Assembly (NCBI GenBank): GCA_963771075.1
Contig: CAVYSE010000028.1
Location: 256,001-320,000 of the forward strand
DNA: 64,000 nt
Direction: 5' to 3'
DNA from: a candidate division FCPU426 bacterium
GTDB taxonomy: Bacteria > Oederibacteriota > Muellerivitia > Muellerivitales > Muellerivitaceae
The notes under the pieces are model-generated. The model saw only the letters and a program-made list of their open reading frames with translations, was not told the DNA's origin and ran no database searches. Shown here in pieces: positions 8,987-20,168 of the stretch (its first letter is position 1; each line of letters starts with the position of its first letter). The position numbers and the translations under genes are program-made.

Positions 8987-10500
8987 CTATTCCACGGCCT
9001 TGCCCAGGAAGGGCACATTGGGCACCGGCAAATTCTGGAAAGCCCGGGGCAGGGCCGGTTCCACGAAGTTGTGAAGAATTTCCTGGTGAAAAATCCCCAG
9101 CATTAAAACCCCCACCGCCAAAACCATGATCGGAAAAAGGGTCGAAAAGGAGGGCGGGGCCAGGTCCGGCACGGCGGGCCGGTGCTCACAAAGGTAAAAG
9201 GTGAATTTTCCCAGGTAAAACAAGTTGAATAGGGTCGCCACCGTGAGAATCGCCAGGAGCGCCCAATCATGTTTCTCGATCGCGCCTTGGAAGAGGTAGA
9301 ACTTCGCGAAAAATCCACCGGTGGGCGGGATCCCCACGGCCGAGGCCAGGAAAACCATCAGGGCGGTCCAGGTCCAGAACCGGTGGCGGGCCATGCCGAT
9401 CAACCGCGAGAGGGGATGGGGGCCCGCCCCCCCTGGCGAAGACCTTCGGAAACGAAATAGAGGCCCGTCACGGCCAGGGTCTGGCTTAACAATTCCAACA
9501 AGCTTCCCGCCAAGCCGCTTTTGTTCCCCAGTAGAAACCCCGCCAAAAGATATCCACCCTGGGCCACGCCCAGATAGGCCACGGCATGTTGAAAATCCTT
9601 TTGCCGCGCCGCGAAAAGGAAATTCGCGAGAAAAAGCGACACGAGCAGGTAAAGAAGGATCGTTACCCAGAGGGGGATGACCAATCCAGGCACGTTCAAG
9701 GTGAAGAAACACAGGATGAACAAAAGATAACCCGTCGCCCGGGCCCCCGTCGAAACCAGGAAACCGGTGACAAAGGAAGGGGTGTGGTTCAAAAGCCGGC
9801 TGAATAGGGTGGGAATGGGAAAGATCGCGGGAAAGGCCCACGCGCAAACCGTGAAAAAACCGGCGGCCAGGGCGACTTCCGGGGTTTTGGAAGTGAACAA
9901 TTGGGCGAGCAGGTCGTCCAACTGGACCGTACCAGCGGAGGCGGCCAAACAAATCACCCCCAACAGGTATAGGGTCGCGGCGGCGCTGCCCCAAAGCAAA
10001 ACCCGGTAGGCGTCCAATGTGCTTTTAGGATTGAGCAGAAGAAGGGTTCCCGCCCAGAAGACCACCAGTATTTGTAATAGAAGATAAAGTGAAAAAGCGT
10101 CCCTGAGCAAAAGAAAGCCGAGGGCCGCGCCCGTGATGAGGAGAAAGAGGGAGAGGAGCCATCTCTCCCTGCGGGCTCCGGTAGGCCCGGGCAGGCGGAG
10201 CCGATGGGCGTAAAACCAGGCCAGTAGGGCAACCGCCAAGACAAAACCGCAAAGCAGGGCGTTGAAAGGCGTTTCCCTCAGTTCGATCCCCCAGGGCGGG
10301 GCCCATCCCCCTAACTCGTAATTCCAGAAACCCCTCGCGAGCAGGGTCGGCAAGGTTTTCCATAGCACCGCCATGTCCAAGAACAAAACCGCCGCATAGA
10401 TAAGGGAGCAAAGGCGGCGGGAAAACAGGGAGGCTCCCAAGCAAAGAAAAGCCCCCAACCAGGGAAGGACAAGAAGGATCACCGGCCCATGCTGGCTCAT
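8987..10500 (-). CDS. MrpD/MnhD-like antiporter subunit (frameshift near 9400-9435, degenerate charged residues)
   Basis: YELGGWAPPWGIEL in ORF 9400-10500; VGIPPTGGFFAKFYL in ORF 8987-9994; junction near a C-rich run. Confidence 0.8.
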
Positions 10501-10832
10501 GGCTTCAGTCTCCGGTTGATCTCATCCTCATCCCAGGTTCCATTCTGGCTTTTTAATAAGAAAGCCATTCCGAACAGGAGGAAACCTATGAGAAGGGCGA
10601 CCAGAAAAACGACCACCCCCAAGCACAAGGCCATGGGATTCGCCCCGGTGGAACCCGGCGCCGGGTTTTCAATCGCGAACTGGATCAGAAGAAGGCCGGC
10701 GGAAGCTTGAAGCAGGAACCAGGCTCCCGCCTTATAGTCGACCCGCTTGAAATGGAATAGGCCCCCAAAACCCACCACTGCCAGGACCAGGGGAAGCCCG
10801 AAATGGAAGAGAGGGGCGAGGGAAAAGGTCAT
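10497..10832 (-). CDS. MrpC/MnhC (NuoK-like) subunit
   Basis: Three hydrophobic segments, ANPMALCL and GTWDEDEI; ATGA-coupled to both neighbours. Confidence 0.7.
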   Translation of the reverse strand: MTFSLAPLFHFGLPLVLAVVGFGGLFHFKRVDYKAGAWFLLQASAGLLLIQFAIENPAPGSTGANPMALCLGVVVFLVALLIGFLLFGMAFLLKSQNGTWDEDEINRRLKP

Positions 10833-11332
10833 GGTTTTCCCTTCGAGCGGACCAGGAAGGACAAGACATAGGCGCCCATGGCCAGGCCCAAGGCCCAAGC
10901 CGCACCCAGCACCCTGGCTCGGATGGGCGGCGCGAAGAGGGTCCAGCACTCATAGTCCAGGAACCGGCACCCCTTCATGACACTGAAGAGCCCCAGTCCC
11001 AAAAGAGCCAGGCTCATGAGTATCGTGATAAAGGAGAAAATACCGGGAAGAAACGGCATTTCAATATTCGGGTCTTGGGAGCATTCCCAACGAAGCAGAC
11101 AGGCCCCGACCGCCAGGAGGGACAACAGGAACAGGTCAAAGGAACGATAATCACTGAGGACCGCGAGAATAGGATGGGATATACCGGTTTCCGCCATGGA
11201 TTGGGTTTCATAGCGGGCGCTCACATGGACCGAAAGAGGGGCGGTGACATCCCCCGGCAGGGGCACCTGGGTGAGGGACCAGGCGAAGACCAGGGCGAAG
11301 AAACCCGTCAATATCCAGGAAACGGCTTTCAA
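10829..11332 (-). CDS. MrpB/MnhB-like subunit
   Basis: VSARYETQSMAETG...AVLSDYRSFD resembles the MnhB motif; position in a B-C-D run. Confidence 0.65.
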   Translation of the reverse strand: MKAVSWILTGFFALVFAWSLTQVPLPGDVTAPLSVHVSARYETQSMAETGISHPILAVLSDYRSFDLFLLSLLAVGACLLRWECSQDPNIEMPFLPGIFSFITILMSLALLGLGLFSVMKGCRFLDYECWTLFAPPIRARVLGAAWALGLAMGAYVLSFLVRSKGKP

Positions 11333-11402
11333 ATTCCCTCCAGGGAATGGGGGTAAAAATCGAGGAGCGTCCTATCCTAGGGCGCATCCCTAAAGTCCGT
11401 CA

Positions 11403-13613
11403 ATGTCGGCGAATCCGCTTTCGGGTTATCATAGCCTTCAACCCCAACGAAAGGAGTTTGGATTGCCCCAATCGAACGCCCCATCCATCGGGGCGAATCT
11501 TTCACGGTCCCGGTTTCCGGCCCTCCTGGCGGCCGGGGCCTTAGGACAATATTTTCTCTCCCAGTCCAACTCTCCCTGGACCCTGGGGCCGGGACTTGTC
11601 TTTTACGCCCTCGCCTTCTGGCTCTTGTCGAATGATAACAAACTCAACCCCCAAGCCCCGTTAAATCCCCCCTTGGACAATCTTTCCCCGAAAAGTGAAT
11701 TCCTTCTTTTTATTCTCATATTTTTGCTCGCGCTCTTTTTCCGCCTTTACCGCCTGGACAGCCTGCCCGCGGGGATGCATACGGACCAGGGGCTCATGGG
11801 GGAATACGGGCTGTGGGTCCAAAAGGGCTGGCGGCCCTTTTTGGACGTATTGGGTTACCAAGTCCCGGAAGTGCTCCTGGGCTATCTCTTGGCAGGATGG
11901 TATGGCCTCTTCGGCGCTTCCTATATTTCCTACCACGCATTTTTCATCGCCCTGGCCATGGCGGCTTTCCCTTTCATCTACTGGACCTTCCGGCAATGGG
12001 CGGGACCCCGGACCGCTCTTTTTTCCCTTTTCGTGCTGGCGGTCATGCGGTGGAATTGGACGGAACCACGGGTCGGTTACCCCAGTTCGGAAGTTGGATT
12101 TTTCCTGTTCGCGGGGCTGGCCTTTTGGCTCCACTGGGTACGCACAAGATGGAACCCTTCGCTTTACCTTTCCGCGATTTGGGTGGGGTTGGGCCTCTAT
12201 ACCTACCAGATCTTCAAGGCGGTTCCCTTTCTTTGCCTGATCTACGCGACCTATGAGCTTCGACACGGCTTTAAAAAACCCAAGCGCCTGGCGCTGTGGG
12301 CGGGAATCATCCTGGCTTTCGCTCTTCCCCTGCTGTCTTATTTCGCCCTGAACCACACGGCCGGAAACCGGGAAGGCATCCTTTTTATCGGCCAAACCCT
12401 GGAGTCCCAGCACAGCCTGAAACCCTTGTGGGACGAGGTGGCTTCCAACTTATTGATGTTCAACCGCCAAGGCGACCCTAACCCGCGTCACAACCTGCCC
12501 GGTCTAAGGATGCTGGATGACGTGACGGGTTTTTGCTTTATTCTCGGCCTGGGGTTGGCTTGGCTTCGGCGCAAGGAAAGGATGGGATTTTATCCCCTGG
12601 CGGGATTTCTCCTTTTCATGGGCGTGGCCTTTCTCACCAATGACCCCGCCAATTCCAACCGGCTTTGGGTCTTGTCGGTGTTCGCCGCCTATTTCGCGGG
12701 CTCCACCCTGGAGAACTTCCGCTCAAAATTAAAACCCGGTTGGCGGGTGAGAGGGATGGGTATCCTGCTGTTGTCGGCCATGGCTTTCCAAAACGCCCGG
12801 ATCTATTTCGTCCAGATCGACCGTGACCCCCAATGCCGAGGTTCTTACGGTTCCGAACAAAGCTACATCGGCCGGACCGTGGAGAACATGGAAAAAACCT
12901 ATCCCGGCCGCTATCGTTTTTTCATACCCCCTCTTTATACACAGAATCACACGGTCAAGTTCCTGACGGACGCCTGCGGTGCGGCCGTAACACCTCTTCA
13001 AATAGATGATTTGGCCTCAGGCCGCATGCCCAAGGATAAGGACATGGTCTTTTTCATGGAGGAAGGAAAAGCCGGGGTCGCGGAATTTCTGCGCGCCCTA
13101 TTCCCCGGGGGGAAAGATGACAGTTTGGAGGATACGAACCGCCAAATTCTGGTCTACCGCTATGAGGCACCTCGGGAAGTCCTTAATTCGTTCAAAAAAT
13201 GGGACCGGGGAATTCAGGGAACCTACTGGAATTCCACCGGGCCGGCGGGAATCCCCGTCACTGTCAAATGGGACCCGCTCTTGAATTTTTCCAACAAACT
13301 GGATTTTCCCTTCCAAAGCGGACCGCCCTTTTTCATCCGCTGGAAAGGGACCCTGAACCTTTCGGTCGCCGGAGCTTATTCTTTCGAGGCCCTAACCATG
13401 GACGGGGCCTCGGTTTGGGTGGACGAGAAGTTATGCTTCGAATCGGGGAAATCGTCCCAGGATAAGGTACGGCTCGGCCAAGGGCCGCATTCGCTCCGGG
13501 TGGAGTACCATAAAACCTCCGGGGACTGGATGGCCCTGCACTTGATCTGGATGCGCCCGGGAGCCACCGGTTGGGAGGTGGTACCTGCCGCCGCCTTCGG
13601 AAAAATCAAATGA
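11403..13613 (+). CDS. GT-C glycosyltransferase (ArnT/PMT-like) with a C-terminal PA14 domain
   Basis: LFFRLYRLDSLPAGMHTDQ followed by many TM segments; C-terminal FFIRWKGTL...GAYSF...DGASVWVDE...GPHSLRVEY. The true start may be slightly downstream. Confidence 0.8.
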   Translation: MSANPLSGYHSLQPQRKEFGLPQSNAPSIGANLSRSRFPALLAAGALGQYFLSQSNSPWTLGPGLVFYALAFWLLSNDNKLNPQAPLNPPLDNLSPKSEFLLFILIFLLALFFRLYRLDSLPAGMHTDQGLMGEYGLWVQKGWRPFLDVLGYQVPEVLLGYLLAGWYGLFGASYISYHAFFIALAMAAFPFIYWTFRQWAGPRTALFSLFVLAVMRWNWTEPRVGYPSSEVGFFLFAGLAFWLHWVRTRWNPSLYLSAIWVGLGLYTYQIFKAVPFLCLIYATYELRHGFKKPKRLALWAGIILAFALPLLSYFALNHTAGNREGILFIGQTLESQHSLKPLWDEVASNLLMFNRQGDPNPRHNLPGLRMLDDVTGFCFILGLGLAWLRRKERMGFYPLAGFLLFMGVAFLTNDPANSNRLWVLSVFAAYFAGSTLENFRSKLKPGWRVRGMGILLLSAMAFQNARIYFVQIDRDPQCRGSYGSEQSYIGRTVENMEKTYPGRYRFFIPPLYTQNHTVKFLTDACGAAVTPLQIDDLASGRMPKDKDMVFFMEEGKAGVAEFLRALFPGGKDDSLEDTNRQILVYRYEAPREVLNSFKKWDRGIQGTYWNSTGPAGIPVTVKWDPLLNFSNKLDFPFQSGPPFFIRWKGTLNLSVAGAYSFEALTMDGASVWVDEKLCFESGKSSQDKVRLGQGPHSLRVEYHKTSGDWMALHLIWMRPGATGWEVVPAAAFGKIK

Positions 13614-13654
13614 TTCACCGCGAAGACGTTAAGAAGAACTAAAAACCTAAACTA

Positions 13655-14306
13655 TTATTGGGCCCAGCCTTCCTGGCCCAAAAGTGGAACGAACCTGACC
13701 CGGTATAGTTCCTTTTCCTGGAAATGGGTCTCGGAGCGTTTAAGAACCCTCACCAGGTTTTGTTCTTCCCTGCTCCCCACCGGGATCGACCAGGATTCCC
13801 CCGATTTTCAACTGCGTTAAAAGGCTTTTGGGCACTCGCGGGCTTCCCGCGGAAACCAGGATGGAATCAAAGGGCGCCTTTTCCACCCAGCCCAAGGTTC
13901 CGTCACCTGTTCGGGTTTCGACGTTTGAAATGCCTATGGATTTCAAACGGGCTAGGGCGGAGTCCATCAGCTGGGGTTCCTTCTCCATGGCGAAAACCTC
14001 TCCCACCAAACCCGCGAGGACGGCGGCCAGGTAACCGCTTCCTAAACCCACTTCCAGCACCCGATGTGTCTTTTGGGGTTCCAACAGCTCGATCATGGAA
14101 GCCACGATATAGGGTTGGCTGATGGTTTGGCCGAAACCGATGGGCAGTGGTCCGTCCTGGTAGGCCTTGGGTTGCTGGTCCTCGGGGACAAACCGGTGGC
14201 GGGGAATATCCAGCATGGCCTGGAGCACCCAGGGGTTCCGGACGCCCCTTTTCTCCAACTGGTCCTTCACCATGGTGTGCCGCTCGTCGAGGCGGTCTGT
14301 ATCCAT
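13655..14306 (-). CDS. pcm: Protein-L-isoaspartate O-methyltransferase (frameshift near 13786)
   Basis: PRHRFVP...AYQDGPLPIGFGQTISQPY, VLEVGLGSGY and GDGTLGW; the C-terminus continues in another frame as IPVGSREEQNL...VRFVPLLGQEGWAQ*. Confidence 0.92.
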
Positions 14307-14355
14307 CCGCACCTCCACAAAAATGGAACTATGCGCTCGTATAACAAAAAAATAA

Positions 14356-14521
14356 ACCCTCTCCCCTTGTGGGAGAGGGCAAGGGTGAGGGGTGCTTTGC
14401 GTTTGGAATCCCCCACATGCCGACATTCCATAAAACTTTTAAAGATGTCGGTATCGTACCGATCACCTTGATTTTGAGTGAGGATCGGCACATCCCAACC
14501 TTCTCCCTCCAGGGGAGAAGG
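14356..14521. repeat. REP-like palindrome pair of the CCCTCTCCC...GGGAGAGGG type; second copy interrupted by a mini-element
   Basis: CCCTCTCCCCTTGTGGGAGAGGGCAAGGGTGAGGGG followed by an inverted CCCCCACA|TCCCAACCTTCTCCCTCCAGGGGAGAAGG. Confidence 0.7.
14416..14492 (+). mobile_element. Putative CA-flanked two-hairpin mini-element, copy 1
   Basis: CA-TGCCGAC...GTCGGTATCGTACCGATC...GATCGGCA-CA; related copies at 39107-39185 and 52415-52495. Confidence 0.65.
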
Positions 14522-14609
14522 TAAAAACCGAACGGGAAAGCTATTCCGCCGGTGTTAAACCTGGTAGATCTGACCCCTAGAAATCCATAGGCCCAATTAA
14601 GTGAAGTTT

Positions 14610-14804
14610 TTATTTGGAATATTTGCTTTCGAGGTAACCAGAATAGATTTTCTTTTCATCTAAGTCCTTTTTTATGGGGGCGATACCGGACAATTCCCTA
14701 ACGAGGGGTGTGATTCCTTTTCCGGGGATGGTTTTTGATTTAATCCTTAACCCGATGAATTTTTGTTTGAATTTGAGGGTATGTTTGGCTTTTGTTGTTT
14801 TCAT
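14610..14804 (-). CDS. Small DUF6364-like antitoxin remnant
   Basis: ITPLVRELSG...YSGYLESKY. About 14541-14590 downstream reads DF*GSDLPGLTPAE*, like a decayed PIN-toxin C-terminus. Confidence 0.5.
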   Translation of the reverse strand: MKTTKAKHTLKFKQKFIGLRIKSKTIPGKGITPLVRELSGIAPIKKDLDEKKIYSGYLESKYSK

Positions 14805-14858
14805 GATAAGAATTATATCTGTTTTTGTTATACGGACACATCAAGCCTTGAACCACAC

Positions 14859-15662
14859 TTACTGAATCAACTTGGGCCGCATCGCCCTTACCGCGAAGAA
14901 GCCCAAGATAAAGGGAACGGTCAACATATAGGTCAGGCTGACGGGCCAATCGGGTTGGAACACGCCGGTGGTCAGCATGCGCGACAAATGCACGAAATGA
15001 TAAAGCGGGAGGATGTAAGCAATCTGCTGGATGACCGGGGGTAGTTTTTCAATTGGAAACAACGTGCCCGAAAAGAGCATCAGGGGGGAGATGATGCCCG
15101 AAACGAAGAAATTGAACTGGTTGATGTTTTTCACCACGGCGTTGGCGAAATAGCCAAGGCTGCCGAAAGCCATGGCCGTAAAGAACCCCACCAGGGGCAC
15201 CAGCAGGGCCAGCGGCGAATGCACCGTGTGGAAGAGCGACAGCACCGCCAGCATGATCGTGGTGTAGAAGACCCCCTTCACCGAGATGAAAATCAACTCG
15301 CCCCAGAAAACCTCGTCCACGCTCACGGGGGTGGAGATCATGGCGTCGTAGTTGTGGTCCATTTCCATCCTCAGGTAGGTGCCGTAGGAGGCGTCGAAGG
15401 CGGAAGTGAAGACCGCCGACATCATGATCTGGGCCGGGGTGATGTAGCTGAGGTAATCCACCCCGTTGATGGAACCGATGGCCGCCGACAGGCCCCAGCC
15501 CACCGCCAGGATGAAGATGAGGGGCTCAATGACCGTGGGAAAGGCGTTGGTTAAAAAATCGTTGAAGTAAACCACCACGTGCCGCATGAAAACGGCGTAG
15601 AGCCTCTGGAACTTACTGGGAACGGAGCGGTGATCCCGCAAAGCGGGTTCAGTCGGATTCAC
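14859..15662 (-). CDS. ABC-2 type exporter permease (NodJ-like)
   Basis: Multiple TM segments; YLSYITP, YDAMISTP and LFSGTLFPIEKLP. Confidence 0.9.
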   Translation of the reverse strand: MNPTEPALRDHRSVPSKFQRLYAVFMRHVVVYFNDFLTNAFPTVIEPLIFILAVGWGLSAAIGSINGVDYLSYITPAQIMMSAVFTSAFDASYGTYLRMEMDHNYDAMISTPVSVDEVFWGELIFISVKGVFYTTIMLAVLSLFHTVHSPLALLVPLVGFFTAMAFGSLGYFANAVVKNINQFNFFVSGIISPLMLFSGTLFPIEKLPPVIQQIAYILPLYHFVHLSRMLTTGVFQPDWPVSLTYMLTVPFILGFFAVRAMRPKLIQ

Positions 15663-16560
15663 GCAGGTCCCTCCCCGTGAGTTTCAAGAACAAATCCTCC
15701 AGCCCCGTGGGCCTAATCTGGAAATCACCCTTGGAAGCCTGGGCGATCTTTTCCAGGGCCATGGCCGACTTGGAATAAAGAAAGATCCGGTCCCCGTGCG
15801 TTTCCGACCTCACCTTTCGCAGGGAGGCTTTGGGAACATTGGTATTGTTCGGGATATCCATCACGAAGGGTTCCAGGTGTTTTTGGATCAGTTCGGCGGG
15901 CTTGCCTTGGGCCAAGACCTTGCCATGGTCGATCACCAGGAGCCGGTCGCAAAGCTGCTGTGCCTCATCCATATAATGGGTGGTCAGGAGCAGGGTGACG
16001 CCCTGGGTCTTGAGCTCCCTCAGCTTGCCCCAGATCAGGTGCCTCACCTGCGGGTCCAAACCGGTGGTAGGTTCGTCCAGGATGAGGAGGTCCGGATCGT
16101 TCAAGAGTGCCCGGGCAATGACCAGCCGGCGCTTCATGCCGCCGGATAGCTCGCGGACATTGGAATCGGCCCGGCTTTCCAGGGCCATGAACTTCAGGAG
16201 GGACTGGATCTTTTCCTTTAAAGCTTTCCCTCCCAGTCCAAAGAACCTTCCATAGATCTCCAGGTTCTGGGCCGGAGTGACCTCGTCGTCCAGGTTGTCG
16301 CTTTGGGCCACGACCCCCAGGCGGTTCTTGATCTCCGGAGCGCTCTTTCGCGGATCCAACCCAAAAATGGAAAGTTCCCCGCTGGTACGGGGAGAAAAGC
16401 AGTAGATCATCTTCATCAGGGTGGATTTGCCCGCCCCATTGGGCCCCAAAAAGCCGAAACATTCACCGCTCTTCACCTCAAAATCCACTCCGTTGACGGC
16501 GGTGAAATCGTCATATTTTTTGAGAAGATTTTTGGATTGGATCAGCTTTTGCGACAACAT
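15649..16560 (-). CDS. ABC exporter ATP-binding protein (NodI-like)
   Basis: GPNGAGKS, LSGGMKRR, LILDEPTTGLD and TTHYMDEA. Confidence 0.93.
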   Translation of the reverse strand: MLSQKLIQSKNLLKKYDDFTAVNGVDFEVKSGECFGFLGPNGAGKSTLMKMIYCFSPRTSGELSIFGLDPRKSAPEIKNRLGVVAQSDNLDDEVTPAQNLEIYGRFFGLGGKALKEKIQSLLKFMALESRADSNVRELSGGMKRRLVIARALLNDPDLLILDEPTTGLDPQVRHLIWGKLRELKTQGVTLLLTTHYMDEAQQLCDRLLVIDHGKVLAQGKPAELIQKHLEPFVMDIPNNTNVPKASLRKVRSETHGDRIFLYSKSAMALEKIAQASKGDFQIRPTGLEDLFLKLTGRDLRESD

Positions 16561-16614
16561 GGGATGACCTCAGGAAGTAAAGAGAAAGGCATCATAATCA
16601 ATTAGGGGGATCAT

Positions 16615-16642
16615 AAAAAAGGGGGCCGGGAAGCCGGCCCCC
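16615..16642 (-). terminator. Rho-independent terminator
   Basis: GGGGGCCGGC-TTC-CCGGCCCCC-TTTTTT on the minus strand. Confidence 0.8.
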
Positions 16643-16807
16643 TCTCTCCTTCTACGGTTCCGCGCCCTCAGGGCTGGGCTGGAACTTGAGCTTTCACCTT
16701 TTTAACAGACAAATTCTCAACCCCAAACTTTAATCCGTCAAGAGGCGACCCTTCGGGTTCTCCCTTGGCTTATCCCCGGTGATTGCTGGAGCCTTGAAAG
16801 CAGCCGG

Positions 16808-19800
16808 TCAAGGCGCCTGGGTTTTATTCGCGGAGCTTGCCGCGGGCGGGAGATCCTCTTCCCCGGACAACCTGCGGATCCAGAGACGGAAATCATCCAC
16901 GTACCCAAAGACTGACGGCACGATGATGAGGGTAAGGACCAAAGAGCTGATGAGCCCGCCCTCCATCGCGATACCCATGGATTGCCGGAACTTGCCCACC
17001 TCGGTCAGGGCCAGGGCCACCGGCAGCATGCCGGCGATCAGGGCGAAGGTGGTCATAAGGATGGGCCGCAAACGCACCCGACCAGCGGCTTTCAGGGCCT
17101 CGTCCCGGGGCATGCCCTTTCGCATCATCTGCAGGGTGTAATCGACCAACAGGATGGAATTTTTCGTGACCAAGCCCATGAGCATGACAATGGAGATCAT
17201 GCTGAAGATGCTGAGGGTGACATAGGGAATGAAAATCCCGCCCACGAAAAGCGCGGCCAGGGCGCCCACCATGGCCAGGGGGATGGACATCATGATGGCC
17301 AGGGGATAAATGGGCGATTCATAAAGGCTGGCGAGGATCATGAAGGTGAAGAGCGTGGAAAGCCCCACGGCGATGAGCATGTTGACGATGAGGTCGTGAA
17401 AATCCTCCGCCTGGCCCACGAACTCGTAGGAGACCCCCTTGGGCATCTGCATCCCGTCCAATATCCGCTTTCCCTGTTTCAACACATTGCCTAAACTGCC
17501 GCCCGTGGCCAATTGCCCGGTGATCTGCACATAGCGAGCCCTGTCCTCCCGGTCGATCTCCGAAGGCCCCTGGGTCGTGACGGGTTGGGCGATCTCCGAA
17601 AGGCGGATCAGGTTGCCGTTCTGGTTGGGGACCAGCACCTTCGCGAATTCGGTCTGCAAATCGCGCTGGTCTTCCTGGAGCCGCACGCGGATGAAATATT
17701 CCAACCCGCCCTGCCTGAACTTGGCGGGCGTGGCCCCCTCCACCTGGGTTCGAAGCTCGTTCCCCGCCTCGATCCCGGAGACCCCCAGGCTCTGGAGCTT
17801 CCTCGGGTCCAGCTTGACCTGGAACTCGGGTTTTCCGCCGTTATAGGTGGATTGCACGTCGGCCAGCCCCTGGAAATGCCCTTGAATCTTTTCCGCCACC
17901 TGCTGGGCGAAGGGCGCCAGCACCGAATAATCCTCGCCGATCAGGTTCAGGGTGAAGGGCGCCTGGGCCATGACCGGATCGTAATCGGAAACCTGCGGGT
18001 TCAATTCGTCCCGGTAGGGTTCCAGTTCCTTGCGGAGAATTTCCTTGAATCGGCGGTCCCGATCTTGCGTTGGCTGGAGGGCTTCATCAGGATAAGAGGT
18101 TGGACTTGTTGGACCCCTGGTTGGCGCCGGTGGCGTCCGAGCCGCCGATGGTATCCGCCACCAGGTCCACCTCCGGGTGTTTCCGCACCAGGGCCTCGAT
18201 CTTCAGGGTCTTGTCCCGCATGGTTTCCAGGTCGGTGGCCGGGTCCGCTTTCAAGTACACGGCGAATTGGCCCACGTCCGCGGCGGGCTTGAAGTCGACC
18301 TTCATGAAGGGCAAGAGCCCCAGGCTCAAGAGGAAGATGACCGCGGCTGAGAGAACGATCCAGAAGCGGTGCTTCAGGCACCAACCGATGACCCCCACAT
18401 AACCTTCCTGAAGACTGTCCTGGAACCGACCGAATCCCTGGAGGAAGGGGGCGCAGAAATGGTCGATGGTGTCGATCAGGCTGTAGCCCTTCCCCCTTTT
18501 CTTGCCCCAGAAGGCCGACAGGATGGGGCCCATGACCATGGCCTCGAAAAGGGAGATGGCCATGGCGAAACAAACCGTCAGGCCGAACTGCCGGAAGAAC
18601 TGCCCCACCAGCCCGCTCAAGAACGAGATGGGCATGAACACCGCGATGACCACCGAGGAGGTGGCCACGACCGCCAGGCCCACTTCCAGGGCGGCCCCGA
18701 CGGCAGCCTTCTTGGGCTCTTCCCCCTTCTCGATATGCCGCCAGATGTTTTCCCGCACCACGATGGCGTCGTCGATCAATAGCCCCACCGCCAAGGACAG
18801 GGCCAGCAGGGTCATCATGTTCAGGGTGAACCCCACCCCGTTCATGAGGAAGAAGGCCCCGAAGAGCGAGACGGGCAGGGCCGTGATGGTAATGAGCGTC
18901 GAGCGGAAACTGCCGAGAAAGAAGAAAACCACAAGGATGGTGAGGAAAACGCCCTGGAGGATGGTGAATTTGACGTCCTCCAGGTTCATGCGGATATACC
19001 AGGCCATGTCCTGGAACATGACCAGGTGCGGGTTCCCCGGCTCGCCCTTCAGGTTCTCGTTGATCTTATCGATGCGTTTGATGAGCCCGTCCACCACGGC
19101 CACCGTGTTGGCCTTGGACTGCTTCACCACCTGGATCACCAGGGTCGGTTGTCCGTTGATGTAGCTGTACCCCTGCGCGTCCTCAACCGTATCCACGACC
19201 TGGCCCAATTGTTCCACGGGCACGGAGACATCCGACCCCATGAAATTGACCGAGGTCTGCTTCAGGCGGTCCAGGTCGTCATATTGGCCGACGGACCGGA
19301 ACAGCAGGTCCTTACCCGCCACCTGGATCGTCCCCACCGGCACGTTCATGCCGTTCAAGCCGATGCGGGTGGCCACCTGGGAAGCGCTGATGCGATATCG
19401 GTTGAGCTTGTTCCGGTCCAGTTGGACCTGGATCTCCCGCTTGCGCCCGCCCTGGATGCTGATAACCCCCACCCCCTGCACCTGCGCCAGCTGGGGCTTG
19501 ATGACCTGGTCGGCCAGGTCATAGGCCTGGGCGGGGGGCAAGGTGGAGGAAAGGCTCAGCTGGGCGATGGGGAGGGCGGATGGATCAAGCCGCCGCACGA
19601 TGGGCTCGTCGATATCCTTGGGCAGGGTCGACCGCGCGAAGGAAAGGTGGTCCTTCACCTGCTGTTCCGAATCCTTCACGTCGGCGTCCATGTTGAACTG
19701 GACCATGACCACCGAGTAGCCCTCCTGGTTGACGGAGGTGACCTTCTTCACGCCCTGGATGGTGGAAAACTCGTCCTCCAGGGGCTTGGAGACCTGGGTC

Positions 19801-19979
19801 TCGATCTCCTCGGGGGAGGCGCCCTGGTAGGGGGTGGTCACGATGACGAAGGGAAAGCTCACGTCGGGGAAGAGGTCCACCGCCATGATGTTGTAGGCCA
19901 TGATGCCCAGGACGAGGATGAGGATGACCACGCAGCTCATGAAGACGGGGCGGTCGATGGCGAGTTTGGGCAAATTCAA
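16808..19979 (-). CDS. RND efflux permease (AcrB/AcrD/AcrF family), paralogue 2 (frameshifts near 18000-18090)
   Basis: ORFs 18087-19979 and 16808-18004; GLLIDDAIVVRENI, GLVTKNSILLVD and RLRPILMTT. Confidence 0.9.
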
Positions 19980-19996
19980 GTTTTTTTCCTTATTCC

Positions 19997-20131
19997 GTCA
20001 TTGCGAGGTCCAGCCCCAATCGGGGCGATTTGGGCCGTCGCAATCTCAGTTAATGATTTTAAAAAACCACAACTAAACCTGAGATTCCCACGTCGCCGTT
20101 CGGCCCTATCGGGCCGGCTCCTCGGAATGAC
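19997..20131. repeat. Gene-less inverted doublet of GTCATTGCGAG...GCAATCTCAG palindromes
   Basis: Units at 19997-20049 and inverted 20079-20131. Confidence 0.8.
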
Positions 20132-20168
20132 AACTAAAACATCTTTATCACAGCAATTCGACTTTGGT

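Noticed and set aside
14307..14426. N-terminal extension of Pcm (TPHPCPLPQGER)
   Set aside because: It is the translation of a palindromic repeat; the RBS supports ATG 14306.
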